Of a stretch of 64,000 bases of DNA, positions 12,376 to 21,238 are shown in pieces (position 1 is the first letter of the stretch; each line of letters begins with the position of its first letter). Position numbers and translations under genes: made by a program. This DNA is from Candidatus Margulisiibacteriota bacterium (GTDB lineage Bacteria > Margulisbacteria > Marinamargulisbacteria > JBFWNS01), in NCBI GenBank assembly GCA_050250935.1, contig JBFWNS010000005.1:43523-107522 (forward strand), read 5' to 3'. Under the pieces are notes generated by a model. It made no database searches. It was not told the origin of the DNA and saw only the letters and a program-made list of their open reading frames with translations.

Positions 12376-15072
12376 GTGAATCAGCCCCCCTCTAAAGCCC
12401 CCCATTTTGACACCCTTGATATCGAAACCCAGCGTTGTTTGGATTCTTTAAACTATTTGATTCGCTACAAAGGCACCCCAGAAGCTGCCAAATTGGTCCA
12501 AACCTTAACCGAACACCTTCACGACCACGGCCAATCTGTTTCTACGGTTTGTACCACGCCCTATCTTAATACCATTCCTGTTTCCGAGGAACCTGTTTAT
12601 CCCGGCGACGAGACCATCGAAGAAGATCTAGAGCTGTATATGCGTTGGAACGCCGTGGCCATGGTGTTGAAGGCCAACAAAAAACACGAGGGATTGGGCG
12701 GACACATTTCGACCTATGCCTCGTCGGCTACCTTGTACGAGGTTGGATTTAATCATTTCTTTAAGGGAAATGCTGGGGGCCACGAGGCCGATATGGTGTA
12801 TTTTCAGGGCCATGCCTCGCCCGGCAATTATGCCCGCTCTTTCTTGGAAGGGCGCCTTAGCGAAAAACAATTGGGTCATTTCCGCCAAGAATTGGCCGAA
12901 GGGGGTGGACTTTCTTCTTATCCCCATCCCTATTTAATGCCTGATTATTGGCAATTTCCCACCGTTTCGATGGGCTTGGGGCCGATTATGTCGATTTATC
13001 AGGCACGGTTTAACAAGTATTTGATTTCTCGAAACCTGATTCCCGATCATGACCAACACGTTTGGTGTTTTATTGGTGATGGGGAAACCGACGAGCCCGA
13101 GACGTTGGGCGCATTGTCCATTGCCGGACGCGAAGGGGTGGATAACCTTATTTTTGTGGTGAATTGTAATTTGCAACGGCTCGATGGCCCTGTTCGGGGC
13201 AATGGAAAAGTGATTCAAGATTTGGAAGGTGTGTTTAGAGGCGCTGGTTGGAACGTGATTAAGGTGGTTTGGAGCTCGGATTGGGATCCGCTGTTGAAAT
13301 CACCCCAAGCCCCCTTGTTGATTCAACGCATGAATGAAGCGGTGGATGGCGAATTTCAAAAATATGTGGTCGAGCCTGGAAGTTATATGCGCAAACACTT
13401 CTTTGGCAAATACCCCGAGTTGTTGGAGTTGGTGTCGCATTTGAGCGATGACCAACTCAAAAATTTGGCCCGTGGAGGGCATGACCGCAAAAAAGTCTAT
13501 GCCGCCTACAAGCGTGCTGTTGAACACAAGGGTCAACCCACCGTTATTTTGGCCAAAACGGTCAAAGGGTATGGATTGGGTGAAGCAGCCGAGGGCAAAA
13601 ATATCGCTCACCAACAAAAGAAGCTGACCGAAAAAGAACTTCGCGGATTTCGGTCCCGGTTCAAAATTGATCTTGATGATGATGTTGTGACCACCTTGCC
13701 TTTTTTAAAACCCCCTTCTAACAGCCCCGAACATACTTATTTAATGGATCGCCGAAAAGCCCTGGGTGGGTTTTTGCCCGAGCGAAAAGTCGAGGTTCAG
13801 CCCATGGCCTTGCCCGCTTCGGAATTCTATACCGAATTTTTGGGCGATTCTGGGGATAACGAATTGTCCACCACCATGGCCTTTGTTCGAATCTTAAGCA
13901 AATTGTTGCGGGATCCCGGTGTGGCCAAACACATTGTGCCCATAATTCCCGACGAAGGCCGAACCTTTGGGATGGAGTCGCTGTTTCGCCAAATTGGGAT
14001 TTATTCGCCCAAAGGCCAATTGTACGAGCCTGTGGATAGCGATTCGATTTTGTATTACAAAGAGGCCAAGGATGGTCAGATTTTGGAAGAAGGCATTAAT
14101 GAAGCCGGCGCCATTAGCTCGTTTTTAGCGGCTGGAACTTCCTATGCCACCCACGGCATCAACATGATTCCGTTTTATATTTACTATTCGATGTTTGGGT
14201 TTCAGCGCATTGGGGATTCGACGTGGTTGGCTGGCGACATGGGGGCTAAAGGCTTTTTGCTGGGCGGCACGGCCGGGCGCACCACCTTGAACGGGGAAGG
14301 GCTTCAGCACCAGGATGGTCACAGCTTGCTGTTGGCCAGCACCATTCCCAATTGTGTGACCTATGACACCACCTTCCGGTTTGAACTGGCTGTAATTTTG
14401 GAAGACGCTTTAAAGCGGATGTATCAGGACGGGGAATCGGTGTATTACTATCTGACCCTGGGCAACGAAAATTATCCCATGCCCGCCATGCCAGCCACGG
14501 CCAAGGAAGGGATTTTGAAGGGCTTGTATGCTTTTAGTACGTCTGAACTTAAAAAGCCCAAACACCGGGTTCAGTTATTTGGCAGTGGAACCATCCTGAG
14601 AGAGGCCATTAAGGCTGCCGAAATTTTGGAAAAAGACCATGGCATTGCTGCCGATGTGTGGGGCGCCACCAACTATAAACGGTTGCGTCACGAAGCGGTG
14701 GCTGCCCAACGGTGGAATATGTTGCATCCCACTGAAAAACCACAAGCGTCGTATTTGGAAACCACGCTGGCTGGCATTCAAGAAGCGCATCCAGACACCG
14801 TGTTTGTTGCCGTATCGGATTCCATGCGGATTGTGCCTGATCAGATTGCCCCTTGGGTGCCTGGCGGATTGTTCAGCTTGGGGACAGACGGATTTGGTCG
14901 CAGTGAAACTCGAGAGGCCTTAAGACGGTTTTTTGAGGTGGATGCGGCTTCGATTGTGGTGGCGGTGTTGTATCAGCTGGCCCGAAAAGGTCGGGTGACC
15001 ATGGCCGCGGTCCAAAAAGCCATTGTGCAACAGGGACTTGATCCTGAAAAAGTGTTTCCAATCGTTTTATGA
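12376..15072 (+). CDS. aceE: pyruvate dehydrogenase E1, homodimeric type
   Basis: GGHISTYAS, QGHASPG, SSYPHP, GDGETDEPE (ThDP motif), YSMFGFQR and GEGLQHQDGH. AAGGAG RBS. Confidence 0.97.
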   Translation: MNQPPSKAPHFDTLDIETQRCLDSLNYLIRYKGTPEAAKLVQTLTEHLHDHGQSVSTVCTTPYLNTIPVSEEPVYPGDETIEEDLELYMRWNAVAMVLKANKKHEGLGGHISTYASSATLYEVGFNHFFKGNAGGHEADMVYFQGHASPGNYARSFLEGRLSEKQLGHFRQELAEGGGLSSYPHPYLMPDYWQFPTVSMGLGPIMSIYQARFNKYLISRNLIPDHDQHVWCFIGDGETDEPETLGALSIAGREGVDNLIFVVNCNLQRLDGPVRGNGKVIQDLEGVFRGAGWNVIKVVWSSDWDPLLKSPQAPLLIQRMNEAVDGEFQKYVVEPGSYMRKHFFGKYPELLELVSHLSDDQLKNLARGGHDRKKVYAAYKRAVEHKGQPTVILAKTVKGYGLGEAAEGKNIAHQQKKLTEKELRGFRSRFKIDLDDDVVTTLPFLKPPSNSPEHTYLMDRRKALGGFLPERKVEVQPMALPASEFYTEFLGDSGDNELSTTMAFVRILSKLLRDPGVAKHIVPIIPDEGRTFGMESLFRQIGIYSPKGQLYEPVDSDSILYYKEAKDGQILEEGINEAGAISSFLAAGTSYATHGINMIPFYIYYSMFGFQRIGDSTWLAGDMGAKGFLLGGTAGRTTLNGEGLQHQDGHSLLLASTIPNCVTYDTTFRFELAVILEDALKRMYQDGESVYYYLTLGNENYPMPAMPATAKEGILKGLYAFSTSELKKPKHRVQLFGSGTILREAIKAAEILEKDHGIAADVWGATNYKRLRHEAVAAQRWNMLHPTEKPQASYLETTLAGIQEAHPDTVFVAVSDSMRIVPDQIAPWVPGGLFSLGTDGFGRSETREALRRFFEVDAASIVVAVLYQLARKGRVTMAAVQKAIVQQGLDPEKVFPIVL

Positions 15073-15096
15073 CGGATTTAAGAAAGGGCTAAACGT

Positions 15097-16368
15097 ATGA
15101 ATATTCATTTGCCGAATTTGGGGGATGGGGTTGCATCTGCGACGGTATTGTCGATTTTGGTTAAACCGGGTGATGCCGTTCAAAAAGACCAAACCCTTTT
15201 GGAACTCGAAACCGATAAAGCGGTGGCCAGTGTACCTGCCCCAGCTTCTGGAACCATTGAAACGGTTACCGTTAAAACGGGCGATACCGTGGCTACCGGG
15301 GCTTTGGTGATGACGATGGCTGCTGGGGGCGCTGCTGCACCGGAAACGGGCTCTGCGGCTGTTCCTGTAGCAGCGCCACCGTCTTTGGGTGCGGCGCCTG
15401 CACCCGTGGCCCCTGTGGCGGCCATGCCGGCGACGTTTCAGCCAGTTCCCCCTTCTGGGGTCGAGGTGGTTGCTCCGCCTCACCTTCGCAAAATCGCCCA
15501 AGAAATTGGGTTGGATTTGGGACGGGTTCCTGCTCAAGGCGGGCGACTTTCCGGCGAAGATGTTCGTCGTTATATCGCGTATTTACAGTCTTTGGCCGTT
15601 TCTGGGGCTTCTGTGGCTGCGGGTTCGACGGCAGTGGCATCGGGGCCTGCACCCTTGGGTATCGATTTTTCGAAATGGGGCGATGTCACGATTAAACCGG
15701 CCAGTTCCCTTCGCAAAAAAATCGGTCAAAAAATGTCCGAAGCCTGGACCTTACCCCATGTGACCCAGTTTGACGAGGTGGATATTACACCTTTGATGGC
15801 GCTTCGCAAAAAATTACAACCCGACTTTACCAAAAAAGGAGGCAACTTAACCGTTACCATCTTTATTCTGAAAGCGGTGGCCGAAACCCTCAAAAAATTC
15901 CCCAACTTTAACGCGTCTTACGACGAAGCCTTGGGCGATATCATCTACAAAAATTACATCCATTTGGGCGTGGCCGTGGACACAGAATCCGGTCTTTTGG
16001 TGCCTGTCATTCGGGATGTGGATCAAAAATCGCTGTTGGATCTGTCCATTGAACTTTCCGAAATTGCCGAAAAAGCCAGGGCCCGAAAACTGGGCTTGGA
16101 CGACATGCAGGGCGGCACCTTTACGGTGTCCAATTTGGGCAGTTTTGGGGTGGGCCAATTTACGCCCATCATCAACAAGCCTGAAGTGGCCATTCTGGGC
16201 TTGGCCCGTGGGGTTCAGCGCCCTGTTTATATCGATAAAAAACTAGAGCCGCGCATGATGTTGCCGTTGTCCTTGTCCTATGACCACCGCATTATCGATG
16301 GTGGAGACGGGGCCCGGTTTATTCGTGAACTTATCACCCAAATTGAAGCGGCAGGAGCGGAGGCATAA
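15097..16368 (+). CDS. aceF: dihydrolipoamide acetyltransferase E2 with a single lipoyl domain
   Basis: ETDKA lipoyl site, Ala/Pro linker and DHRIIDG catalytic motif. Confidence 0.95.
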   Translation: MNIHLPNLGDGVASATVLSILVKPGDAVQKDQTLLELETDKAVASVPAPASGTIETVTVKTGDTVATGALVMTMAAGGAAAPETGSAAVPVAAPPSLGAAPAPVAPVAAMPATFQPVPPSGVEVVAPPHLRKIAQEIGLDLGRVPAQGGRLSGEDVRRYIAYLQSLAVSGASVAAGSTAVASGPAPLGIDFSKWGDVTIKPASSLRKKIGQKMSEAWTLPHVTQFDEVDITPLMALRKKLQPDFTKKGGNLTVTIFILKAVAETLKKFPNFNASYDEALGDIIYKNYIHLGVAVDTESGLLVPVIRDVDQKSLLDLSIELSEIAEKARARKLGLDDMQGGTFTVSNLGSFGVGQFTPIINKPEVAILGLARGVQRPVYIDKKLEPRMMLPLSLSYDHRIIDGGDGARFIRELITQIEAAGAEA

Positions 16369-16370
16369 CC

Positions 16371-17765
16371 ATGGAAAAACGCAAAGCAGAACTTGTTGTT
16401 GTTGGGGCCGGACCTGGGGGCTATGCCGCCGCTTTTTATGGCGCCGATTTGGGCAAACAGGTGATTTTGGTGGATCAAGCCGATCGGTTGGGTGGGGTGT
16501 GTTTGAATCGGGGTTGTATTCCCTCTAAAGCCCTGCTGCACGCCACCGAATTGATCGAAGAGGCCAAATCGGCCGAAGAAAAAGGCTTGTCGTTTGGTCC
16601 TGTTAAAGTTGAATTGGACAAACTGCGTGCCTGGAAACAAAGCATTATCGACAAATTGTCGGGTGGGATTGCAGGATTGGCCAAAAAACGTAAAGTTGAG
16701 GTGTTAAAAGGGCGGGGTTATTTTGAAAGCAGTACCGTACTTCGGGTGGAAACGGCCGAAGGACAGGTGATGGTGGAGTTTGAAAAGGCCATTGTGGCGG
16801 TTGGGTCTCGGCCTGCCATGCCAGCGGCTTTCGATTTGGGCAGCAAACGTATCATGACCTCGACCGAAGCGTTGGAAATCGAAGACATTCCCCAAACCTT
16901 GCTGGTGGTGGGTGGTGGCTACATTGGCATGGAATTGGGAACGGTTTATGCCAGTTTGGGCAGCCAAGTGACCGTGGTCGAAGCTGGAAAAGCCATTTTG
17001 GCCGGTGCAGACCCCGACTTGGCCAGACCCGTGGTGAATTATGCCAAGGCCCATTTTAAAGAAATTCGACTGGGCGCCAAGGTTCAAAAAATGGCCACTG
17101 CCGGTAAAAAAATTAAAGTGGTCATGGAACACGATGGTAAAACGGTCGAAGACAGTTTTGATCGGGTTTTGGTGTCTATAGGCCGCAGTCCCAACAGCAA
17201 AAATTTGGGATTGGAAAACACCAAGGTCGCCGTGGACGACAAAGGCTTTATTACGGTTAACAAACAACAACAAACGGCCGATGCCAACATCTATGCCATT
17301 GGTGATATTGCCGGTGGGCTGATGTTGGCTCATAAAGCCTCCAAAGAAGCCCGAATCGCTGTTGAGGTTATTTGCGGCCAAAACAGCAGCTTTAATAGCA
17401 TCATTCCTGCCGTGGTCTTTACCCATCCCGAAGTGGCCTGGGCGGGATTAACGGAAACCGAAGCCAAAGCCCAAGGCAAGGTTGTGAAGGTGGCCAAGTT
17501 TCCTTGGGGGGCATCTGGCAGGGCCTTAACCTTGGATGCCAAAGACGGCCTCACCAAGTTGATTATCGATCCCCAAACCGAGCGTATTTTGGGGGTTGGT
17601 ATTGTCGGTCCCCACGCTGGTGATTTGATTGGTGAAGGGGTGTTGGCCATCGAAATGGGTGCCACGGCTGAAGATTTGGCCTTGACGGTTCATCCCCACC
17701 CCACGCTCTCTGAAACCCTCATGGAAAGTGCTGAGGTGTTTTTGGGGCATTGTGTGCATAGTTAA
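16371..17765 (+). CDS. lpdA: dihydrolipoamide dehydrogenase E3
   Basis: GAGPGG, GGVCLNRGCIPSK and HPHPTLSE. Confidence 0.97.
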   Translation: MEKRKAELVVVGAGPGGYAAAFYGADLGKQVILVDQADRLGGVCLNRGCIPSKALLHATELIEEAKSAEEKGLSFGPVKVELDKLRAWKQSIIDKLSGGIAGLAKKRKVEVLKGRGYFESSTVLRVETAEGQVMVEFEKAIVAVGSRPAMPAAFDLGSKRIMTSTEALEIEDIPQTLLVVGGGYIGMELGTVYASLGSQVTVVEAGKAILAGADPDLARPVVNYAKAHFKEIRLGAKVQKMATAGKKIKVVMEHDGKTVEDSFDRVLVSIGRSPNSKNLGLENTKVAVDDKGFITVNKQQQTADANIYAIGDIAGGLMLAHKASKEARIAVEVICGQNSSFNSIIPAVVFTHPEVAWAGLTETEAKAQGKVVKVAKFPWGASGRALTLDAKDGLTKLIIDPQTERILGVGIVGPHAGDLIGEGVLAIEMGATAEDLALTVHPHPTLSETLMESAEVFLGHCVHS

Positions 17766-17771
17766 TATAAA

Positions 17772-17872
17772 CACAAAGCCAGCGGTTTTGTGGGTCGGAA
17801 TTTGGACTAAATCCAAATTCCTCGCCCGCAGGGGCTTAACAGGCTTTGGACTGTGACAAGGTTCTCACGTCC
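17772..17872. other. highly structured intergenic element with several hairpins
   Basis: Stems CACAAAGCC/GGTTTTGTG, GGAATTTGGA/TCCAAATTCC, GCCC/GGGC and GGACtGTGA/TCACGTCC. Confidence 0.55.
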
Positions 17873-17893
17873 TATTAATAACACCCTCGCAAA

Positions 17894-17902
17894 TGCTATA
17901 GT
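17894..17902 (+). promoter_or_regulatory. extended -10 element 7 nt before the ATG of the UbiA-family gene
   Basis: TGC-TATAGT-aggggcc-ATG (17910). Confidence 0.6.
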
Positions 17903-17909
17903 AGGGGCC

Positions 17910-18773
17910 ATGACTTTTAGGCTTCTACGGGTTAAGCATTACATTAAAAACCTGTTTGTTTTTCTACCTTTGTTTTTTGGCGCTCAGTTTGCCCATGGGG
18001 GGTTGGTGATTCGGGCGGCTGTGGTGTTTGTGGCTTTTTGTTTGATGGCCAGCGCGGCTTATATTTTGAACGATATCTTGGACCGGGCCGAAGACCAAAA
18101 TCATCCCAAAAAATCCAAACGGCCCATTGCCAGTGGACAGGTTAAGCCATTCCAGGCTGTTTTGATTGCTTCTGGATTGTTTTTGGGATCTGTAGTGATT
18201 TCGGCAACCGTGGGGATTGGGGCACTTTTTGTGTTGGTGGCCTATGGGGTTCTGAATCTGCTGTACAGCCTTAAGCTTAAACATGTTCCTGTTTTGGATG
18301 TGGTGATGATTGCCATTGGGTTTGTGCTGCGGGTCTTGGCGGGTGCCATTGCGGTTCATATTGTGGCCTCCATGTGGTTGATCTTGTTGACCTTTTTGTT
18401 GGCCCTCTTTTTGGGTTTGGCCAAGCGCCGCGATGATGTGTTGTTGTCCCAAGAAGGGCTCCAAACCCGACGTTGTATTGATGGCTATAACCTCGAATTT
18501 GTGAATGCTTCGATGGTGATGATGGCCAGCGTGGTGGTCGTTAGCTACATTTTTTATACCATTTCGCCTGAAGTTCAGTTGCGTTTTCACACCGACTATC
18601 TGTATTTAACCGTGGTCTATGTGGTTGTTGGGGTGATGCGCTATATGCAATTAACCTTTGTGGAAGAACGCAGCGGCAACCCCACCAGCGTGTTGTGGCG
18701 AGACGGATTTTTACAGCTGACTTTGGGGGCCTGGGTTGCTACCTTTGCCCTGATTATTTACCTTCACCGATGA
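17910..18773 (+). CDS. polyprenyl-phosphate phosphoribosyltransferase (UbiA family, Rv3806c/NoeC-like)
   Basis: LLRVKHYIKNLFVF, YILNDILD...D..HPKKSKRPIASG and LGLAKRR, with multiple TM helices. Confidence 0.9.
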   Translation: MTFRLLRVKHYIKNLFVFLPLFFGAQFAHGGLVIRAAVVFVAFCLMASAAYILNDILDRAEDQNHPKKSKRPIASGQVKPFQAVLIASGLFLGSVVISATVGIGALFVLVAYGVLNLLYSLKLKHVPVLDVVMIAIGFVLRVLAGAIAVHIVASMWLILLTFLLALFLGLAKRRDDVLLSQEGLQTRRCIDGYNLEFVNASMVMMASVVVVSYIFYTISPEVQLRFHTDYLYLTVVYVVVGVMRYMQLTFVEERSGNPTSVLWRDGFLQLTLGAWVATFALIIYLHR

Positions 18774-19183
18774 AAAAAGCTTTGAAAAAAACCTTATACT
18801 ACGCCGCTTTTGCCGCCCTTTCGATTGCTTTAAATTTGGGGGCTCAGGTAATGGTGCATGGCCTGTATCGTGGGGTTGGCGAACTTTATTTGGGCCTTGT
18901 GATCGGGACCGGTGTGGGGTTGTTGTCCAAATATGTGTTGGACAAACGCTTTATTTTTGAGGCAGAGGTGGACCGAAAACGGGATCATGCCAAGCTCTTT
19001 TTTTTGTATTCGGTGATGGGTGTGGCCACAACAGCCGTGTTTTGGGGGGCCGAATTGGTCGCTGACTGGGCCTGGACCCATCCCTGGAGTCGCTATATTG
19101 GCGGTGGATTTGGGCTGGTGATGGGGTACTGGATCAAGTATCATTTGGACCGGCGATTTGTGTTTAAAAAACATCCATCATGA
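18770..19183 (+). CDS. GtrA-family membrane protein (Rv3789-like)
   Basis: About 137 aa with 4 TM helices and a repeated KYVLDKRFIF/KYHLDRRFVF motif. ATGA-coupled on both sides. Confidence 0.85.
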   Translation: MKKALKKTLYYAAFAALSIALNLGAQVMVHGLYRGVGELYLGLVIGTGVGLLSKYVLDKRFIFEAEVDRKRDHAKLFFLYSVMGVATTAVFWGAELVADWAWTHPWSRYIGGGFGLVMGYWIKYHLDRRFVFKKHPS

Positions 19184-20493
19184 CCATTACCAACTGGGGG
19201 TTGTATCCACGCCTTAAGGCCGAGATCCACGATCTGAAAGGGGTTGGGCCTGCTTTGGCCTGGATGCAATCCAGGCCCGCTGTGATTGCCCGCGGCCTGG
19301 GGCGTTGTTATGGGGATAGTTCCTTGGCCACGGCCATCGTTTCCACCCAAACCTGGCAGCGGTTTTTGGCTTTTGATGTTGAAGCCGGTGTGTTGACGGC
19401 CGAAAGTGGCACCAGTTTGGCCGACATTTTGGAGGTGATAGTGCCCAAAGGGTGGTTTTTACCCGTGACACCCGGTACCAAATTTGTGTCTTTGGGTGGG
19501 GCTGTGGCCAGCGATATTCATGGTAAAAATCACCACCAAGACGGGAGCTTTGGCCACCATGTTTTAACCTTCGATTTGTTGTTGGCCTCTGGCGACAGGC
19601 TGGTGTGTTCCCGAACCGAAAATCCCGAGGTTTTTTGGGCCACATTGGGGGGGATGGGGTTAACCGGTTTGGTGTTGACGGTAACCCTTCAACTTAAAAA
19701 AATCGAATCGGCTACGATTGTTCAAACCACCCTTAAAGCCCCTAATTTGGAGGCAGTGATGGATGCGTTTGAAACGAACCAATCGGCCCCCTATTCTGTG
19801 GCTTGGATTGATTGTTTGGCTTCGGGGGATGCCCAGGGACGCAGTGTATTGATGTGTGGTCGCCATGCTCTGGCCCAGGAAGTGGGGCAAAACCCGCTGG
19901 CGATTCGGTCCAAGCGAACGTTGACCGTTCCGTTTTCTTTCCCTTCTGGGGTGTTGAATCGGTTTTCGGTGAAGGCCTTTAATGCCCTGTATTATGCCAA
20001 AGCCAAATCCCAAGTTCATTCGGTTGATTTTGACACCTTTTTTTATCCCTTGGATGCGATTCACCACTGGAACCGAATCTATGGTAAAAACGGATTTACC
20101 CAATACCAATTTGTGTTGCCGATGGCTGCTTCCAAAGCCGGGCTTAAGGCCATTTTAACCCGCATTAACCGGGCGCAATTGGGGTCTTTTTTGGCCGTGT
20201 TAAAGCCGTTTGGGGCCTTTCAAAACCCCTACCTTAGTTTTCCCATGCCTGGGTATACCTTGGCCTTGGATTTCCCGTTGTCGGAACCTGTATTGGCGTT
20301 GTTGGACGAACTGGATGATCTGGTCCGCGATTTTGGGGGGAGGCTTTATTTGAGTAAAGATGTCAGAATGAAGCCCGACATGCTGGTGGCCGGCTATCCC
20401 GAGTTATCGGCGTTTTTGGCGATTAAACAGCGGGTGGATCCGGATGGCGTTTTTCAATCTTTGCAGTCCAAACGGTTGGGGTTAACCCCCTAA
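19180..20493 (+). CDS. DprE1-like FAD-linked oxidoreductase
   Basis: ARGLGRCYGD, VTPGTKFVSLGGAVASDIHGKNHH, FFYPLD, YGKNGFTQYQF and GGRLYLSKD. Confidence 0.9.
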   Translation: MTITNWGLYPRLKAEIHDLKGVGPALAWMQSRPAVIARGLGRCYGDSSLATAIVSTQTWQRFLAFDVEAGVLTAESGTSLADILEVIVPKGWFLPVTPGTKFVSLGGAVASDIHGKNHHQDGSFGHHVLTFDLLLASGDRLVCSRTENPEVFWATLGGMGLTGLVLTVTLQLKKIESATIVQTTLKAPNLEAVMDAFETNQSAPYSVAWIDCLASGDAQGRSVLMCGRHALAQEVGQNPLAIRSKRTLTVPFSFPSGVLNRFSVKAFNALYYAKAKSQVHSVDFDTFFYPLDAIHHWNRIYGKNGFTQYQFVLPMAASKAGLKAILTRINRAQLGSFLAVLKPFGAFQNPYLSFPMPGYTLALDFPLSEPVLALLDELDDLVRDFGGRLYLSKDVRMKPDMLVAGYPELSAFLAIKQRVDPDGVFQSLQSKRLGLTP

Positions 20494-20506
20494 AAGGAGA
20501 TCAGAC

Positions 20507-21238
20507 ATGCCCAGTTTATTGATCGTGGGTGCGAATTCGGATATGGCCAAAGCAGTGGCGGCTCGCTATGCACAGGCGGGTTTTGGATTACAATTGGCGA
20601 GCCGCGACGTCGTTGGGTTACAAAAAACGGCCCACGATTTACAGATTCGGTTTGACGTTCCCGTCGAGGTGTTTGGGTTTGATATCACCCATTTGGATTC
20701 CCATCGACCCTTTTACGAGGGGCTGTCTGAAAAACCAGTTGGCGTCGTTTGCGCGGTGGGGGTGATGCCTGACCAAAAAATCGCCCAAGAGGAGTGGGTG
20801 GTGTTGATGAATGTGCTGACCATTAATTTTACGGCCTGTGCCGCTTTTCTAGAGGTGGTTGCCGCCGATTTTGAAGCCAGAAAAACTGGGTTTATTGTGG
20901 GCATCAGTTCGGTGGCCGGAGACCGTGGTCGCCAAAGCAACTATATTTATGGGTCTGCAAAAGCTGGATTTTCGGCCTATTTGTCTGGGCTTCGCAACCG
21001 CTTGGCCCAGGTTGGGGTTCCTGTTCTAACGGTAAAGCCTGGGTTTGTGGCCACCAAAATGACGGCCGGTTTGCGATTGCCGAAATGGTTAACCGCCACC
21101 CCAGAAGCGGTTGCCGAAGCCGTGTTTAATGCCCAAAAACAAGGTCGGGATGTTTTGTATGTTAAACCGATCTGGCGTTGGATTATGGCCATTATTACCC
21201 GAATTCCAGAACGCCAGTTTAAAGGAATGAAGCTTTAG
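20507..21238 (+). CDS. DprE2-like short-chain reductase
   Basis: GANSDMA, SSVAGDRGRQSNYIYGSAKAG and VKPGFVATKMT. Follows the DprE1-like gene. Confidence 0.88.
   Translation: MPSLLIVGANSDMAKAVAARYAQAGFGLQLASRDVVGLQKTAHDLQIRFDVPVEVFGFDITHLDSHRPFYEGLSEKPVGVVCAVGVMPDQKIAQEEWVVLMNVLTINFTACAAFLEVVAADFEARKTGFIVGISSVAGDRGRQSNYIYGSAKAGFSAYLSGLRNRLAQVGVPVLTVKPGFVATKMTAGLRLPKWLTATPEAVAEAVFNAQKQGRDVLYVKPIWRWIMAIITRIPERQFKGMKL

Noticed and set aside
16704..17426. Long antisense ORFs (also 17964-18590, 49304-50005 and 61558-62109)
   Set aside because: They lie opposite well-conserved genes and show no motifs, as expected from codon bias.
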